This document shows positions 62,075 to 76,883 of a stretch of 248,000 bases of DNA, piece by piece. The stretch covers positions 189,740,001 to 189,988,000 of the forward strand of contig OX597815.1 in assembly GCA_951406725.2 (NCBI GenBank), given 5' to 3'. The notes below the pieces were generated by a model, which saw only the letters and a program-made list of their open reading frames with translations, ran no database searches and was not told where the DNA came from. The DNA comes from Octopus vulgaris. Taxonomy: Eukaryota. How positions within the stretch are numbered: the stretch's first letter is position 1; each line of letters opens with the position of its first letter. The position numbers were made by a program, and so were the translations under genes.

Positions 62075-62870
62075 ATATATATATATGTTTTGCTGACACA
62101 TATGAAATGACAACTGGTACAAAAATTCCTCATGCTTCATTGCATGTATGTGAATATTTTCTAAGAGGAGATATCCAATTCCATTTCAGCATCACTATTA
62201 TTTGCTTACCTCTTTTCTGTAGGGATTCAACTTTTAATAATACAGTCAGAAGATGAAAGACCCATTTTTTTCTATCTTTTCTTTTTTATGCTTTGTGAAT
62301 TTCTAATTCTCCTGACTTGTCCTGGTATGTCATCAGTTCGATTGACTGTTTTACAGATCAGTAACTCATAACTTAGTAGTTCGTACCAGATATACTAGTA
62401 TATATATAGTGTGTGTGTGTGTGTGTTTGGACAAACCATGGTGACTAACTTGTAAATAGGTCAGTTATCTTTGTTTCAAATCTAATGGTTAGAATATTCA
62501 ACTCAATACACACACACACGCATGCACACACACACACATACACACACGCACACACTTATAAACAAGTGAACTGTTGTTTTGATAAGTATCGGTGCATAAC
62601 CCAGGTCTTCCATAATTAACTCTATGTTATGTATCGGCTTTGATGTAATTTTCCTTAATAATATGTGTGTATGCATTCAGTCACCTATGCCTGAGGAGCT
62701 AAGTCTGAATGATAAGCCTATGAAACTTGAAGCTGCATGAAGTTAAATCAAACTGTTATTAAATACTATTATATGTAACTCCTTCCAAGTGTGCTGTGTG
62801 CCTCTTTGTTTCATTTCTCCACTCATTCATATGTATATTAATCTCTCTCTCTCTCTCTCTCTTTTTTTAC

Positions 62871-62905
<35 letters not shown>

Positions 62906-64081
62906 TAAATAAAATAAAACATATGCATATATATAAACATATATGTACGTACCTACCTCTACATGTACATATACACGCATATATGAGTACAGGACACCAA
63001 AAAGGACGTCGAACACAATGAGAAACGAAAACATAGACACAAACCAAAGGAACTGGACATTTATTTACAAACAGCAAAAAAATAGAATACAGGACAATTA
63101 ACACAAAGAAAAAACCCCTTCTTCAGTCGCTAAAGCTTTCATCTACTCTACGTTTCGAAGGATAAAAGTGAGACGTATCTTCGACAAGAAAACTTTCCTT
63201 CCTGCGAAAAGCAAATCAATTAAAATTCTGAGATCTTTTCGCAGAGGGGTAAAAAATAGTAACAACAGGACAACACACACACACATACACACTCATTTAC
63301 ATACACATACACACGTATGCATACACATATTATTTAGTCTAGATTGAATGGTTTAATTACTGATAAATTTGTTATTGTTGTTAATGTTGTTTAGGCTCAG
63401 ACCAGCTCTGATTGAAGTGACCTAAGAATAAAGGCGTTCCAATCATGACCAACCTGTTTGTAAACTCATGACTACAATGTCCAGCATGTTTTTCCTCTTT
63501 TTAAAATGCTAGGATTTTTTTAACAGGATTTGGTTAGTATTTCTAACATTAGTACAAGGCCACATATTTAGAAAGAAAGCATAGTCAATTATATTGACAC
63601 TAGTACTTGACTAGTATTTAGTTTTATTGACCCCAGAAGGATGAAAGACAAAGTTCACTTCGGCGGAAACTGAACTCAGAATGTAAAGGGCTGCACCTAA
63701 ATACTGTAAGGTATTTTCTTCAACACTTTAACATGTCAGCTGACCCTTTATTTTTTACAATTCCTAACTATAAAAACTGTTACATATTTGCATATTTTAT
63801 CAACAGTTGGCTGCTTAGTTAACCGTTAGCCATTCAACCATGAAGTATGAGCAGAATTTGTTTCTGTTTTCATTAATTTAGGCAAACTGAAGCGAGTAAT
63901 AGAGTATCTTTCTTAATAGTAAGGCATTACAACTGAATTAATAAAATAAGCTGTAGGAGATAATTTCCATCTATCAGCTTTTTGATTATATTGTGGTGTA
64001 CTTCTGGTGGCCAGCTATCATAGGGGAAGACAATCCCTTCTAGATTAACTTAAGTAGAAGTGGGTCTGGAAGTTTGAAATT

Positions 64082-64113
<32 letters not shown>

Positions 64114-64286
64114 TTAGGGAGTATAACTCCAAACTTACAGGGAAAAATTCAATTTAGTATTAAATCAAATTTCACAGTATAAAAAATATAAAATATGAAT
64201 TAGAGATAAAACCACTATTATGCAACTCAGACAGTGATAGACATAAACCAATACATAAATAACAAATAATATATATAATTAATATA

Positions 64287-64351
<65 letters not shown>

Positions 64352-66342
64352 CTATGTATGTTTGATGTATGTGTGCCTTTGTTTGTATCCTCCACCACTG
64401 CTTCACAATTGGTGTTGGTGTGTTTATGTCTCCATAACTCAGCAAAAGGGATTAAAAGATTAAGAACTCAGCTATTAAAAAAATGCCCCATCATGGCTGC
64501 AGTCTAATGACTGAAACATATGACCGATAAATATTTGCATATGCATAGAAAAAAAATCTATTGTGGTTGAGGTCATTGATTCAACTCATTCCATAATGCC
64601 ATCTCCGTATTCCAGGAGAATGGTTTCTCTTATCCTACAAAGATTAACTGCAGTTAAAGAAAAGCAAGGAAAGAATTAACATAATTTATTTTCAGGAATA
64701 TAGTGGTACCAGACCAAAAGAACTGTGTTTCAGTGACACTATAGTGCCAATGATAGCAAAAGGTAAAAAAAAAGAAGGTAAAATAAATGATCAGGGTTTA
64801 ATACAATTAGATGAAAATGTTGTTATAAATCTAATATCAGGCCAGTTAGTACTTTGTGACTCACTTGCTATGAGTTGAGTTTATGGCATCTTTAAATAGC
64901 TTCTCTAATTTGGTTTATAGGAAATAATCTGGCATTCTCTCTGATTTCTCAAAATGTTGCAAAAAAAAATCATAATTAAGATACTATGAAAAAGAATCTT
65001 TAGAAAGATCTGTCAAAAGAAAATACCAATTAACTTTAATCAAATTATGAATTCTTAGTTCAGAAGAAATCAGTTTTTAGTCTATTGGAAATTAGTGACC
65101 ATCTCCAAAGAAAAATGGAAACTCCTGGTAGGTTCTATCTGGAATTAGTTTCATCTTGTTTCTATTATTAATATTCTTAATAGATGGAAGGCAGCAAACT
65201 GGCAGAATCGTTAGCATGCTGGGCAAAATGCTTATCAGTATTTCATTTGTCTTTACATTCTGAATTAATATTCCGCCAAGGTCAACTTTGCCTTTTATCC
65301 TTCTGGGATCCATGAAATAACTACCAGTTATATACGGAGGTCAATTAGCTCCCTGCTCCAAAATTTCAAAGTTTATGCCTATAGTAGGAAGGATTGTTAA
65401 TATTCTTAATAGATGTCATGTGATAAAATGGCAGAATTGTTAGCACACCGAGAAAAATATTGTGCAGCATTTCATCTATCTGTACATTCTGATTTCAAAT
65501 TCCACTGAGGTCTACTTTGCCTTTAATTCTTTCAAGGTCGATAAAATAAGTACCAGTTGAGCACAGGAGCTGATATAATTGACTTGCAGCATCCCCTGAG
65601 ATAGCTGGCCTTGTACCAAAAATTTTAAACCAATGAAGCCTTATTTCATTTCCTGTCTTTATACACCTGTATATTTACAACCTTGTCAACATCATTATCA
65701 TCATCATCGTTTTAACATCTGTTTTCCCTGCTGGCATGGGTTGGATGGCTTGACTGAGGAGTGGCAAGCCAGGTGGCCGTACCGGGCTCCAATCTGATCT
65801 GGCAAGGTTTCTACAGCTGGATACCCTTCTTAATGCCAACCACTCTGAGAGTGTAGTGGGTGCTTTTTATATGCCACCAGCATGGGGGCCAGTCAGGCGA
65901 CACTGGCATCAACCATGCTTGAAATGGTGTCTTTTACATTCCACTGGCATGGGAGCCAGTCAGGCAGCACTGGCACCAACCATGCTCGAATCGTACTTTT
66001 TAAATGCTACTGTTTATGCAAATTGTCAGAGTAACTGTAACTATTTGTTAGAGAGAATAACAAATTAATGGTAAACGGTAGAAGTATGGCTGTGTAGTGA
66101 AGAAATTCACTTCACAAATAAATGGCTTCGAATTCATTTCTAATATTTAGTACCTTGGGCTAGTGTCATCTTCTATAGTCCCAGGCTGACTAATATTTCA
66201 TGAATGAATTTGGTACATAGAAGCTGAAAAGAAACCTACTGTACATGTGCATGTGCCTATATATATATATATATATATAAAATTAGATTTAATCCTAAAT
66301 CTAATTTTCCCTGTAAGTTTGGATTTACTCCCTAATGTTATT

Positions 66343-66394
<52 letters not shown>

Positions 66395-66809
66395 GTATGT
66401 GTGTGTGTGTGTGTATACATGCATACATGTATGTGTGTGTATGCATTCAGTCATCTGTGCCTGAGGAGCTAAGTCTGAGCGATGATCCTATGAAACTTGA
66501 AGCTGCATGAAGTTAAATCAAACTGTTACTAAATACTATTATATGTAACTCCTTCCAAGTGTGCTGTGTGCCTCTTTCTTTCATTTCTCCACTCACTCAC
66601 ATTATTCTTTTATTCTTTTACTTGTTCCAGTCATTTCAAAATGGCCATGCTGGAGCACCATCTTTAGTCAAACAAATCAACCCCCAAGACTTATTCTTTG
66701 TAAGCCTAGTACTTATTCTATCGGTCCCTTTTACCGAACCGGTAAGTTATGGGGATGTAAACACACCAGCATCGGTTGTCAAATGATGTTGGAGGGACAA
66801 ACATAGACA

Positions 66810-66949
<140 letters not shown>

Positions 66950-67017
66950 CATACATATATATGCACATATACATCATCATCATCATCATCATCGTTTAGC
67001 GTCCGTTTTCCATTCAA

Positions 67018-67056
<39 letters not shown>

Positions 67057-67159
67057 CACACACACACATATATACGACAAGCTACTTTCAGTTTCCATCT
67101 ACCAAATCCACTCACAAGGCTTTGGCCGGTTCGAGGCTATAGAAGAAGACACTTGCCCA

Positions 67160-67545
67160 AGTTGCCACACAGTGGGACTGAACCAGGAACCATATGGTTG
67201 GTAAGCAAGCTACTTACCATATAGCCACTCCTGCGCCTATATATATATATATATATATATAAATCCTTCTTTCTCTTTCTCTCTCTTTCTCTCTCACACA
67301 GTGGGACTGAACCAGGAACCATATGGTTGGTAAGCAAGCTACTTACCATATAGCCACTCCTGCGCCTATATATATATATATATATAAATCCTTCTTTCTC
67401 TTTCTCTCTCTTTCTCTCTCACACAGTGGGACTGAACCAGGAACCATATGGTTGGTAAGCAAGCTACTTACCATATAGCCACTCCTGCGCCTATATATAT
67501 ATATATATAAATCCTTCTTTCTCTTTCTCTCTCTTTCTCTCTCTC
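67160..67545 (-). repeat. Tandem triplication of a CORE-SINE head plus flank (about 125-130 bp)
   Basis: CACAGTGGGACTGAACCAGGAACCATATGG...AAATCCTTCTTTCTC occurs three times. Confidence 0.9.
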
Positions 67546-68019
67546 TCTCTCTGTATATATATATACACACACTCACACACATTTACATACACGTATACAC
67601 ATATGCATACACATATCATGTGCGTTTGTGTATGCCTGTGCATTCATGCACGTGTGTGCTGATGAAATTCTCTCTGTTGATGTAACCTGCACTTTTGCAG
67701 ACACTTTTATAAAAGATGATTTCTCAGGATGATTACAGCAGCTTACAGTGTCCAAATGGATGTGACTAATTCTCAAAGTGTTGTGCTAGAAACATATTAT
67801 ACCAGGTGGCTGGGATATTTAGCCTTCTAAGCTCAGAGAAGTCTTAAATTCCATTGAGTAGCTTTGCTTTGGAAGGTGTTAAGCAGCAAAGATATAATTC
67901 TGCAAAAAAAAATAGGATGCTGCTCTATTGCAGGTTGTTGTCACTGTTGTTCTTGTTGTTCTTGTTATTGTTTTTATTGCTGATATTGTTGTTGCTGCTG
68001 CCGCCGCTGTAATTGTTGT

Positions 68020-68052
<33 letters not shown>

Positions 68053-68104
68053 GGCTGCTGCTGTTGCTGCTGTTGTTGTTGTTGTCGTTGTTTTTGTTGT
68101 TGTT

Positions 68105-68135
<31 letters not shown>

Positions 68136-68689
68136 TTGCTGCTATTGTTGTTGTTGCTTTGTTGTTTTTGTTGTTGCTGCTGCTATTGGTGTTGTTGTTG
68201 TTGTTGTTATTGGTGTTGTTGTTGTTTTTTATTGTTGCTTAGCTTCAGGTCTGCTCTCAGCAAGCAAATTCTATGACTGAAAGAAATTCTATTGGGTTTT
68301 CCAGAAAGTTTGTGCCTTTGTCATATGTGTGGCATAGTATATATATATATATATTTGTGTAAAAAAATTTATGAGTCATTCGATAACTAATCAGAGTTTC
68401 ACATGTGATAAAATGGCTCAGCTTTCATCAATAAAATCTGAAACTCTGATTAGCTGCACTGTGGATTATTAATTTTACAGAAATATAAAAGTAACTTAAA
68501 TAGAGAGATGCTATTGACAATCCAATAATTTATTTATATTATAAGATTACATGGTATACTATGGATATAATATAACATAATATTATATAACATAAGCAAT
68601 TATTAAAAAAAAAAACGTAAAAGGCCAACAAATTGTTTCACCTTAGATATGTATTCTGATATACATACACAATAACTGTTCCCTTATAT

Positions 68690-69260
68690 ATTAAGTTGTC
68701 CGGAAAGTTTGAGCCAATGTATAGTAGCTTATCTTTCGACTTATTTTAGAACATGGTTGAGTCCATAAAATAGGATTTGACTACACCTCCATTTAGAGCA
68801 CAATTTAAGCTATCTTTTTGTGGAAGAAGGTTTATGTTCCTATAACCTGTGTTAATTCTGTAACCCTTTAAAATGGAAGATAAGAAAGTTCATTTTCGGC
68901 ACTTGATGCTTTGGGAACCAGACAAAAATTGCTGCAGCTTGACTGGGATGTGTAACCCCACCCTCCATATTCACCAGATATTGCTCCTTCGAATTTCCAC
69001 TTATTCAGGTCTCTGCAGAATAGTCTTAATGATAAAAATTTCAATTCCTTGGATGACATAAAAAGATACCTTGATGAATTCTTTGCCATGAAACCACCTC
69101 AGTTCTGGGAAGAGAGTATTTTCAAGTTAAAGGAAAGATAGAGATGCATTGTGCAACAAAATGGTTCATATTTGGTTGATTAAAAATGTAATGGCAAGTA
69201 TTTATCGACTTTTTTCTTTCCTTTAAAAATTGGCATGAACTTTCCGGACAACCCAATATT
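68690..69260 (+). mobile_element. Internally deleted non-autonomous mariner
   Basis: TIRs GTTGTCCGGAAAG / CTTTCCGGACAAC; HPPYSPDIAP remnant; sister copy at 84660-85225. Confidence 0.85.
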
Positions 69261-70406
69261 TGTCTACATGCATACCTATTTGTTAACCCTTTAGCATTCA
69301 GGTTACTCTCTTGAATTAAATGCTTATTTTATTCACATTGTTTTAAATTAATCCTGCATTGTCTCATAGCTTCAATATATCTGATTGTTGATTATTAGAA
69401 TGACATTGTAGGGTAGGTGTGAGAGGCCAGATCCAGCTGGTATTGGTCATAAAACAAGTAAAACATTTGGATTAGATATGGCTGGTTTAAATGTGAAAAA
69501 CATTAAGACAGAAGACATGATGCAAGAGAGATTTATTTGCTACTTCTTGCAGATTATGTAACAGGATAGAAACTGTCTCATAAGGCAGCGAGCTGGCAGA
69601 AACTTTAGCATGCCAGACGAAATGCTTAGCAGTATTTCGTCTGCCGCTACGTTCTGAGTTCAAATTCTGCTGAGGTCGACTTTTCCTTTCATCCTCTTGG
69701 GATCAATTAAATAAATACCAGTTACGCACTAGGGTCGATATAATTGACTTATTCCGTTTGTCTGTCCTTGTTTGTCCCCTCTATGTTTAGCCCCTTGTGG
69801 GCAATAAAAAAATTAAGAAACGTTCGCATGCCGGATGAAATGCTTAGCAGTATTTCGTCTGCCGCTACATTCTGAGTTCAAATTCTGCTGAGGTCGACTT
69901 TGCCTTTCATCCTTTCAGGGCCAATTAAATAAATACCAGTTATGCACTGGGGTCGATGTAATCGACTTAATCCATTTGTCTGTCCTTGTTTATTCTCTCT
70001 ATGTTTAACCCCTTGTGGGCAATAAAAAAAGTAGAAAACGTTAGCACGCCAGGTGAAATGCTCAGCAGTATTTTGTCTGCTGCTATGTTTTGAGTTCAAA
70101 TTCCGCCAAGGTCGACTTTGCCTTTCATCAATTAAATAAGTACCAGTTACACACTGGGGTCGATGTAATTGACTTAATCCCTTTGTCTGTCCTTGTTTGT
70201 CCCCTCTGTGTGTAGCCCCTTGTGGGCAGTGAAGAAATAAGAAACTGTCTCACAAGGTAGTATTTCTAGGTGATCTAATCCATACTTCCAACATCCATTT
70301 GAATTTAGACAATGTAAAAAAAATGAAATGTTTTATTGAGAAATACAAAGAAGTCCGTGCAACAGATTGAACTGACAATCTTTGACCAAATAGTGCTGTC
70401 GCTTAC

Positions 70407-70436
70407 CGATTTTATCATTTAAGTTCTGCATACACT
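70407..70436 (-). CDS. Candidate 30-nt micro-exon (xCMQNLNDKIx)
   Basis: Branch-like TAACTCAC, CTTCCATGTCTTTCTGTAG acceptor, GTAAGC donor; phase-compatible with 73820-73926. Confidence 0.25.
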
Positions 70437-70916
70437 CTACAGAAAGACATGGAAGTGAGTTACATAATAACATTTCATCTCATGAAAAGCAGTGCTCCTT
70501 GGTAAGAAAGAAAGAACAGCGTAGTCATCTTTGTCAGCTAACAGGAAAGGAAAAAATGCCTTATCATTCATATTCTGTCAGTATCCAAGAGTGATTTGAC
70601 AGACAGGAAATAAATATTGTACTTTTATTGAGATGGCAGTGACACAACACTGTTATCGCTATTAACAACAAAATACAGTTACAAATAAGCAATAGACAAC
70701 TTCCTTAAATGCCAGTCACGTCTGACATAACGAGGAAAGTCAATACTTTCAGGAGACAGTCAAGAAATCTCGGCAGCCCAATTACTACGACGAAAGATAT
70801 TCAAATAAACAATTGCAGAATACGCACTTTTATACGAGTTGAAATCTTCTGTCATGGACACAGTTTCCTTAAATGAGAAACCAAATGTTGGTTGTCTTGT
70901 TGTTATTGCTGTTTAT

Positions 70917-71300
70917 GGAGGCGCAATGGCCCAGTGGTTAGGGCAGCGGACTCGCGGTCATAGGATCGTGGTTTCGATTCCCAGACCGGGCATCGCGAGT
71001 GTTTATTGAGCGAAAATACCTAAAGCTCCACGAGACTCCGGCAGGAGATGGTGGTGATCCCTGCTGTACTCTTTCACCACAACTTTCTCTCACTCTTACT
71101 TCCTCTTTCTGCTGTACCTGTATTTCAAAGGGCCGGCCTTGTCACTCTCTGTGTCACGCTGAATATCCCCGAGAACTACGTTAAGGGTACACGTGTCTGT
71201 GGAGTGCTCAGCCACTTACACGTTAATTTCACGAGCAGGCTGTTCCGTTGATTCGGATCAACCGGAACCCTCGTCGTCGTAACTGACTGAGTGCTTCCAA
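70917..71300 (+). mobile_element. tRNA-derived SINE family C (OR1-like)
   Basis: GGAGGCGCAATGGCCCAGTGGTTAGGGCAGCGG...GGTTTCGATTCC; copies at 2225-2530, 16240-16790, 21105-21415, 130085-130250, 184010-184350, 197365-197750 and 237100-237415. Confidence 0.8.
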
Positions 71301-72001
71301 TTGCTGTTTAGCTCCAAATCAACACTGACTGAACAGATGTAGAAGTGAAGGAATTCCAACCATGACCATTTCATCCATTTCCTATGTACAGGTGGCCCAG
71401 AACCACAAAATTCGAAGAATGTAATTTGTGAAGGCACATGGCTCAGTGGTTAGAGCATCATGGTCACAATCTTGCCCGCATTTGTGCCTTGGAGAGGAAC
71501 TTTGTAAGTGCAATCCCATGGTCATTCATGACCGAAGGGGGTCTTTACCCTTACACTTACCCTTTCATTTCTAAGATAGAGGATGTGGGATGGTGATGGG
71601 TGGTGGTGAGGTGGGGATGAGTCAAGGGAGATTTGACTATTATATCTAGCAAGTTGCACACATTGGCTTATACCATTGTAGTTTGTGATGATGACACTGG
71701 TAGAGTATTAATGATAATAATTTTCATTGTGATGATAATTACGAGGAAAAATATTGATGACAATGTTGATGACAATGACGAAGTTGGTGGTAGAGGAGGT
71801 GGTAACGGTGGTGGTGGTGGTGGTGTTACTGTTGTTGTTGTTGTTGTTGTGGTGGTGGTGGTGGTGGAAATGGTGTTGTTGTTGTTGGTAGTGGCGGTGA
71901 TGGTGTTGTTGTTGTTGTTGTTGTTGCTAGTAGTGGTGGTGGTGGCAGAAATGGTGGTAGCGGTGATGGTAATGGTGTTGTTGTTGTTGCTGTTGTTGTT
72001 G

Positions 72002-72033
<32 letters not shown>

Positions 72034-72100
72034 GGTGGTGGTGGTGGTGGTGATGAAGATGACGACAATGATGATAACGATGCTGATGCTGACAATGGTA

Positions 72101-72131
<31 letters not shown>

Positions 72132-73819
72132 CCACCACTGATGATGGTGATCATCAACATAATATCAGTTTCACTGATTACCATGTAATGCATTTACTTA
72201 TATAAAATATGCAATACATTTATTTATATAAAATAAAGATGGAATCATTAACATTACAAATAATTAAAATTTTAATTCATCCTTTAATTACAGAACAAAA
72301 TATTATTTAATATTACGGAGATGTACTCGCATAGCAAGTGATTTGATCTGAGATCGTGTGCTGGAAAGAAAACAATTGCAGCGTGGAAGGTGTTTGTAAG
72401 CCATTTAAGAAACACACAAAAGCCGTCAGTGAACAGGTCACGGATTTTAGCGACGAAAATATTTTGACAAATTAAACTTAAATGTTGAAGTGAATCGAAC
72501 GGTTTTTGTGTGTTTCTAAAATGGCTTACAAACACCCTTCCACGCTGCAATTGTATTATTTAATAATATTCCACAATATCATTTAATCATATCAAGTGTT
72601 GGGCCTCACGAAGGCAATGGCCAAGACCTTTGGCATTATGTCAGGCTTGAGAAGAAGACCCTTCAAGCCGAGCAAAATTGCAGACGTGGCAGATATTGGT
72701 GTCATGCAAATGGCACCCATGCTGGTGGCATGTAAAAGCACCAATTACACTCTCAGAGTAGCTGGCATTAGGAAGGGCACCCGGCCATAGAAAACCATGC
72801 CAAATCAGACTGGGGTCTGGCACAGCCTTCCAGCTTACCAGTCCCAGTGAAACCGTCCAACCCATGCCAGCATGGACAATGGATATTAAATGATGGCGGA
72901 CATGATGATGATGATGATGATGATATCCGGCCCAAATATAATACCTGTTTTATGTACAGACTGACCATATAGTGGTGGCAGTAGTTGCGGCAGTGGTGGT
73001 GGTGGTGATGGTGGTGGCAGTGGCAGCGGTGGTGGTGGTGGTGGTGGCTGTTGTTGTTGTTAAGCAACAAGACGGGTAAGGGTGATTAGGTGATGGTCTA
73101 GGGCTTAGGGGCGGGAGACCCCAGACTTTGGAAAAAAAAAACTTTGGTTGTCTTGTTGTAGTCAAGGGCTCTTTGTTGACATCTGACACCACTGGGAGGT
73201 GGCCCTTGAAGTCGCTGGAAATGGAGATCTCCAGGTCCAAATTCTTGAATGGCTGGTGATGATGGTGGTAGTGGTGGTGATGATGGTGGCGGTAGTGGCA
73301 GTGGAGATGGTGGTGGTGGTAGTGTTGGTGGTGATGGTGGTAGTGATGGTGGTAGTGATGGTGGTAGTGGTGGTGGTGACAGTGGTGGTGGTAGTGGTGG
73401 TGATAGTGGTGGTGGTGGTGTAGTGGTGGTGGTGGTGATGGTAGTGGTGGTGATGATGGTGGCGGTAGTGGCAGTGGGGATGGTGGTGGTGGTAGTGGTG
73501 GTAGTGGTGGTGGTAATGGTGGTAATGGTGGTAGTTATGGTAGTGGTGGTGGTGACAGTGGTGGTGGTAGTGGTGATGATGGTGGTAGTGGTGGTGATGG
73601 TGGTGACAGTGGTGGTGGTGGTGATGGTAGTGATGGTGGTGGTGGTGGTCGTTGTCATCATTGCTGTCATTGTTGTCGGCGTCATCATCGTAGTAGTAGT
73701 AGTAGTAGTAGTAGTAAGCAGCAGTAGTTGTTGATGATGCTGCAGTAAAGGACTGATTCATGGTAAGGTCAAAAGAAGCAGAGGTTATTTCAGAAGTAAG
73801 CACAACATGCAAATCTTAC

Positions 73820-73926
73820 CATTTTGACAACATGGATTCTTGGTTTTAATAATCCGAGTGTTTTTTATGCCCACTGTAATATCTCCAGTGAAACGATTGC
73901 GTGGAAGTAACAAAACAGCAATAACA
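73820..73926 (-). CDS. Candidate internal exon of an unidentified gene (VIAVLLLPRNRFTGDITVGIKNTRIIKTKNPCCQN)
   Basis: Acceptor TTGCTGTTTTCAG, donor GTAAGA, one open frame; protein not recognised. Confidence 0.25.
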
Positions 73927-74125
73927 CTGAAAACAGCAATGATACAGTTGTACCGAAACCTATTATTTTACTTTCAGGATATGTAAAAACGATACAAATA
74001 ACCAGAGTCACGGTTTACATAATTGCCAACAGTATTCTAAAAATAAAACCGCCTCAAGTTCGCACACATATCTGTTGAATTATTATTATTATTATTATTA
74101 TTATTTATTATTATTATCATTATTA

Positions 74126-74166
<41 letters not shown>

Positions 74167-74264
74167 TTATAATTGAGCCATTAAATTTCGCTTCTTTTCT
74201 AGTATTCTGATAGAATTCCATCATTTGTCTCAGATATTTTTTTGATAGCTTGTTTGAGTTTTAC

Positions 74265-74301
<37 letters not shown>

Positions 74302-74735
74302 GTTATTATTATTATTATTATCTCTTTTTATTTTTTCTCATTTTATTATTATTTTTTTTTTTTTTTTTTTTACAAAGTACCATATTCACAAGCAAGCAGT
74401 ACTGATACATGCAAGAAAATAAATTAAATGCCACTTTCAGGAATTATTTGAAGTAAAACTATACTTTGCAGTATTAGACTTAAATTTGCATATTGTGTAA
74501 ATGACATTCTCTGATGCCAAAGCTTTTAACTGTTTACGGATTCATGGTTCAAATTATTCATGCATGAGTTACTTTATCTGAAATTTAGGAACAAAGTGAA
74601 GACTGTTAATTTATTTGTTTGCTTCTTAAAACTTAAACAAATTCAGTGTCCAATTATAGAAAATTGACAAGTTTTATTGACAAATAGATTACTTTCTGAA
74701 ATTTTTGCAGTTGTTGTTGTTGTTGTTGTTGCTGA

Positions 74736-74769
<34 letters not shown>

Positions 74770-75524
74770 GCTATTGTTGTTGTTGTTTTCATGCCAAACT
74801 ATAAAAACAATATGATTTCTGAAAGTCTATTGAAACATTCATTAACACCTGTTGTAATTTGAATTTATTTATCCTGAGATATGTCATGCATAAAGCAATG
74901 AGAATTTATTCATAAGATACAACAACCAGGTTGGAAAGATTTATTACTTGAAATGATGCAGAAGGCAGTAGATTATAATGAAAATTAGGTTTCGGCGCTG
75001 GCTTAATTTAGTAAGTAATTCACAATGTCACTGTCTGGCGTTGCAGCGATACACTATATAAATATTCATCATCTCATTAATGGTCTATTTATAAGCATGG
75101 ATAAAGTTAACATTTACCGAATTACAACAATGTAAAGGGCTAGTACATATCTCCATTTTCCATTGCAATAGGCAGATAAGAGACAAAATTCCCATAAGAT
75201 AACATGTTTCTGAGAATTTCTTCCATGGGAGGAGCTGAGCTAACAACTGCTGTCATTATTACAAGCAATAAGCTATACCATGTTGCAGTAGCTGTTGAAA
75301 ATATATGAATTCTGTAGACGAGGTGAGAACAGTACTGGAGGCGTATTTTTTGGCAAGGAGAAGTGAATTTTGGAAGAGGGGCCTTGCAAGTCTACCTGGA
75401 AGATGGAAGAGCATTGTAGAAAATGATGGAGAGTATATCTTAGATTAAAAAAGAACTTTGTTTATCTTAAGTCTGAAAAATGAAAGAAGTATAAAACATA
75501 CCGCATTATTCATGGGTTAACTCA

Positions 75525-75572
<48 letters not shown>

Positions 75573-76823
75573 CGGAGTAAACACATAAATGTGAAACAAG
75601 GTGGAAAAAGAGTACTCAAATACCAGTGGTAGAGTAATATGCTTTATTTAAAGCAGCAGAAAATTCAACAAAACCTGTTACTCTGAGTTCCCCGTCTCCG
75701 ACGAACGGAGACGGGAAACTCAGAATAACAGGTTTTGTTGAATTTTCTGCTGCTTTAAATAAAGTATATATATATATATATATATATAATTTTAATCCAA
75801 ACGGGAAAACAAAAAAACAACAACAGTGGAACAAAACAGTATTATTATTAATAGGCGCTCAGGAAATATGTTCTTTTACTTGTTTCACTCATATGTAGAA
75901 GCATATTGAATAAATAGTTCGAATTTACTGAAAACAAAAGATGAAGATAGATGAGGAAACAACAAACAGGTTTATTAGTTTGACACTCAGGAAGAATGAA
76001 AAAGTCTTTGACAATTCGGGCCTATGCTCTTTGACAGAAAGGACTGAGAAAGAGAAAAATGGAGAGAGAAAAAGTCCTTTGCCAATCTTTATATTAACCA
76101 GTTTCCCAGTATAATGTCCACACTTGCACACAAGCTGTTTTACTGTACTTTAGTTGCTTGCTGATGTTCGAAAAGGAAACTTTTTGCAGGTGGAGTGATA
76201 TAATTTTTGCTCTCGTGACTGGACTGAGGCTACATTGTTTTCCCATTATTAATCAATTGTATAATAACGTTAAAATATAACATTATATAGTGCAGTTAAG
76301 CTAGTTGTGTGACCACCCATTTTGGCAAAAAAATTTGCATACATATTACATGGTCTTAAACTAATTTTGCCAGTAAATTTGAAATGTTTATATTAATTTA
76401 GCATTAGAATTCTTCAAGTTGCATAAAAATAGTTATTGTCTGCATCATTCGAAAGAGAAATAAATTCTGCACAAGGTATAAAAGATAAAGATAATTTGTA
76501 TGGTGTTAGTAACAAAATATTTTGTAAGAAATAAAACTTTTATCATCGGTCTTAAATATATTTTTGCCAGTGTATGTATATATATATATATATATATATA
76601 TGCATATATGGGTACAGGATTACAGGATGTTAGCAAACGTAAGCAATATGAAATATGAAAACAACATGAAATACGAAGACAAGCGTTTTTTTTGTGAATA
76701 ACAAGAAAAACAATTGGAAAACAAGACAAGTAACATAAAAAACGACCATTCATCAGTTGTTGGCTGTTTATCTACTCCACATTTTGAGCAATTCATGACA
76801 ATATGTGCCTTCAAGAAAACAGC

Positions 76824-76883
<60 letters not shown>

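Noticed and set aside
62660-66600. Hammerhead in the repeat at about 62670-62830 and 66440-66600 (CTGAGGA...GAAAC)
   Set aside because: Stem II is not adjacent to GAAA, and no stem I/III with an NUH triplet could be built.
70407-70436. Intermediate-filament LNDR motif in the micro-exon
   Set aside because: MQNLNDKI is only a short partial match, and IF coil-1A context is absent.
70917-70995. tRNA genes at SINE heads
   Set aside because: A/B-box-like motifs are present, but I could not build a consistent cloverleaf and each head continues into a SINE body.
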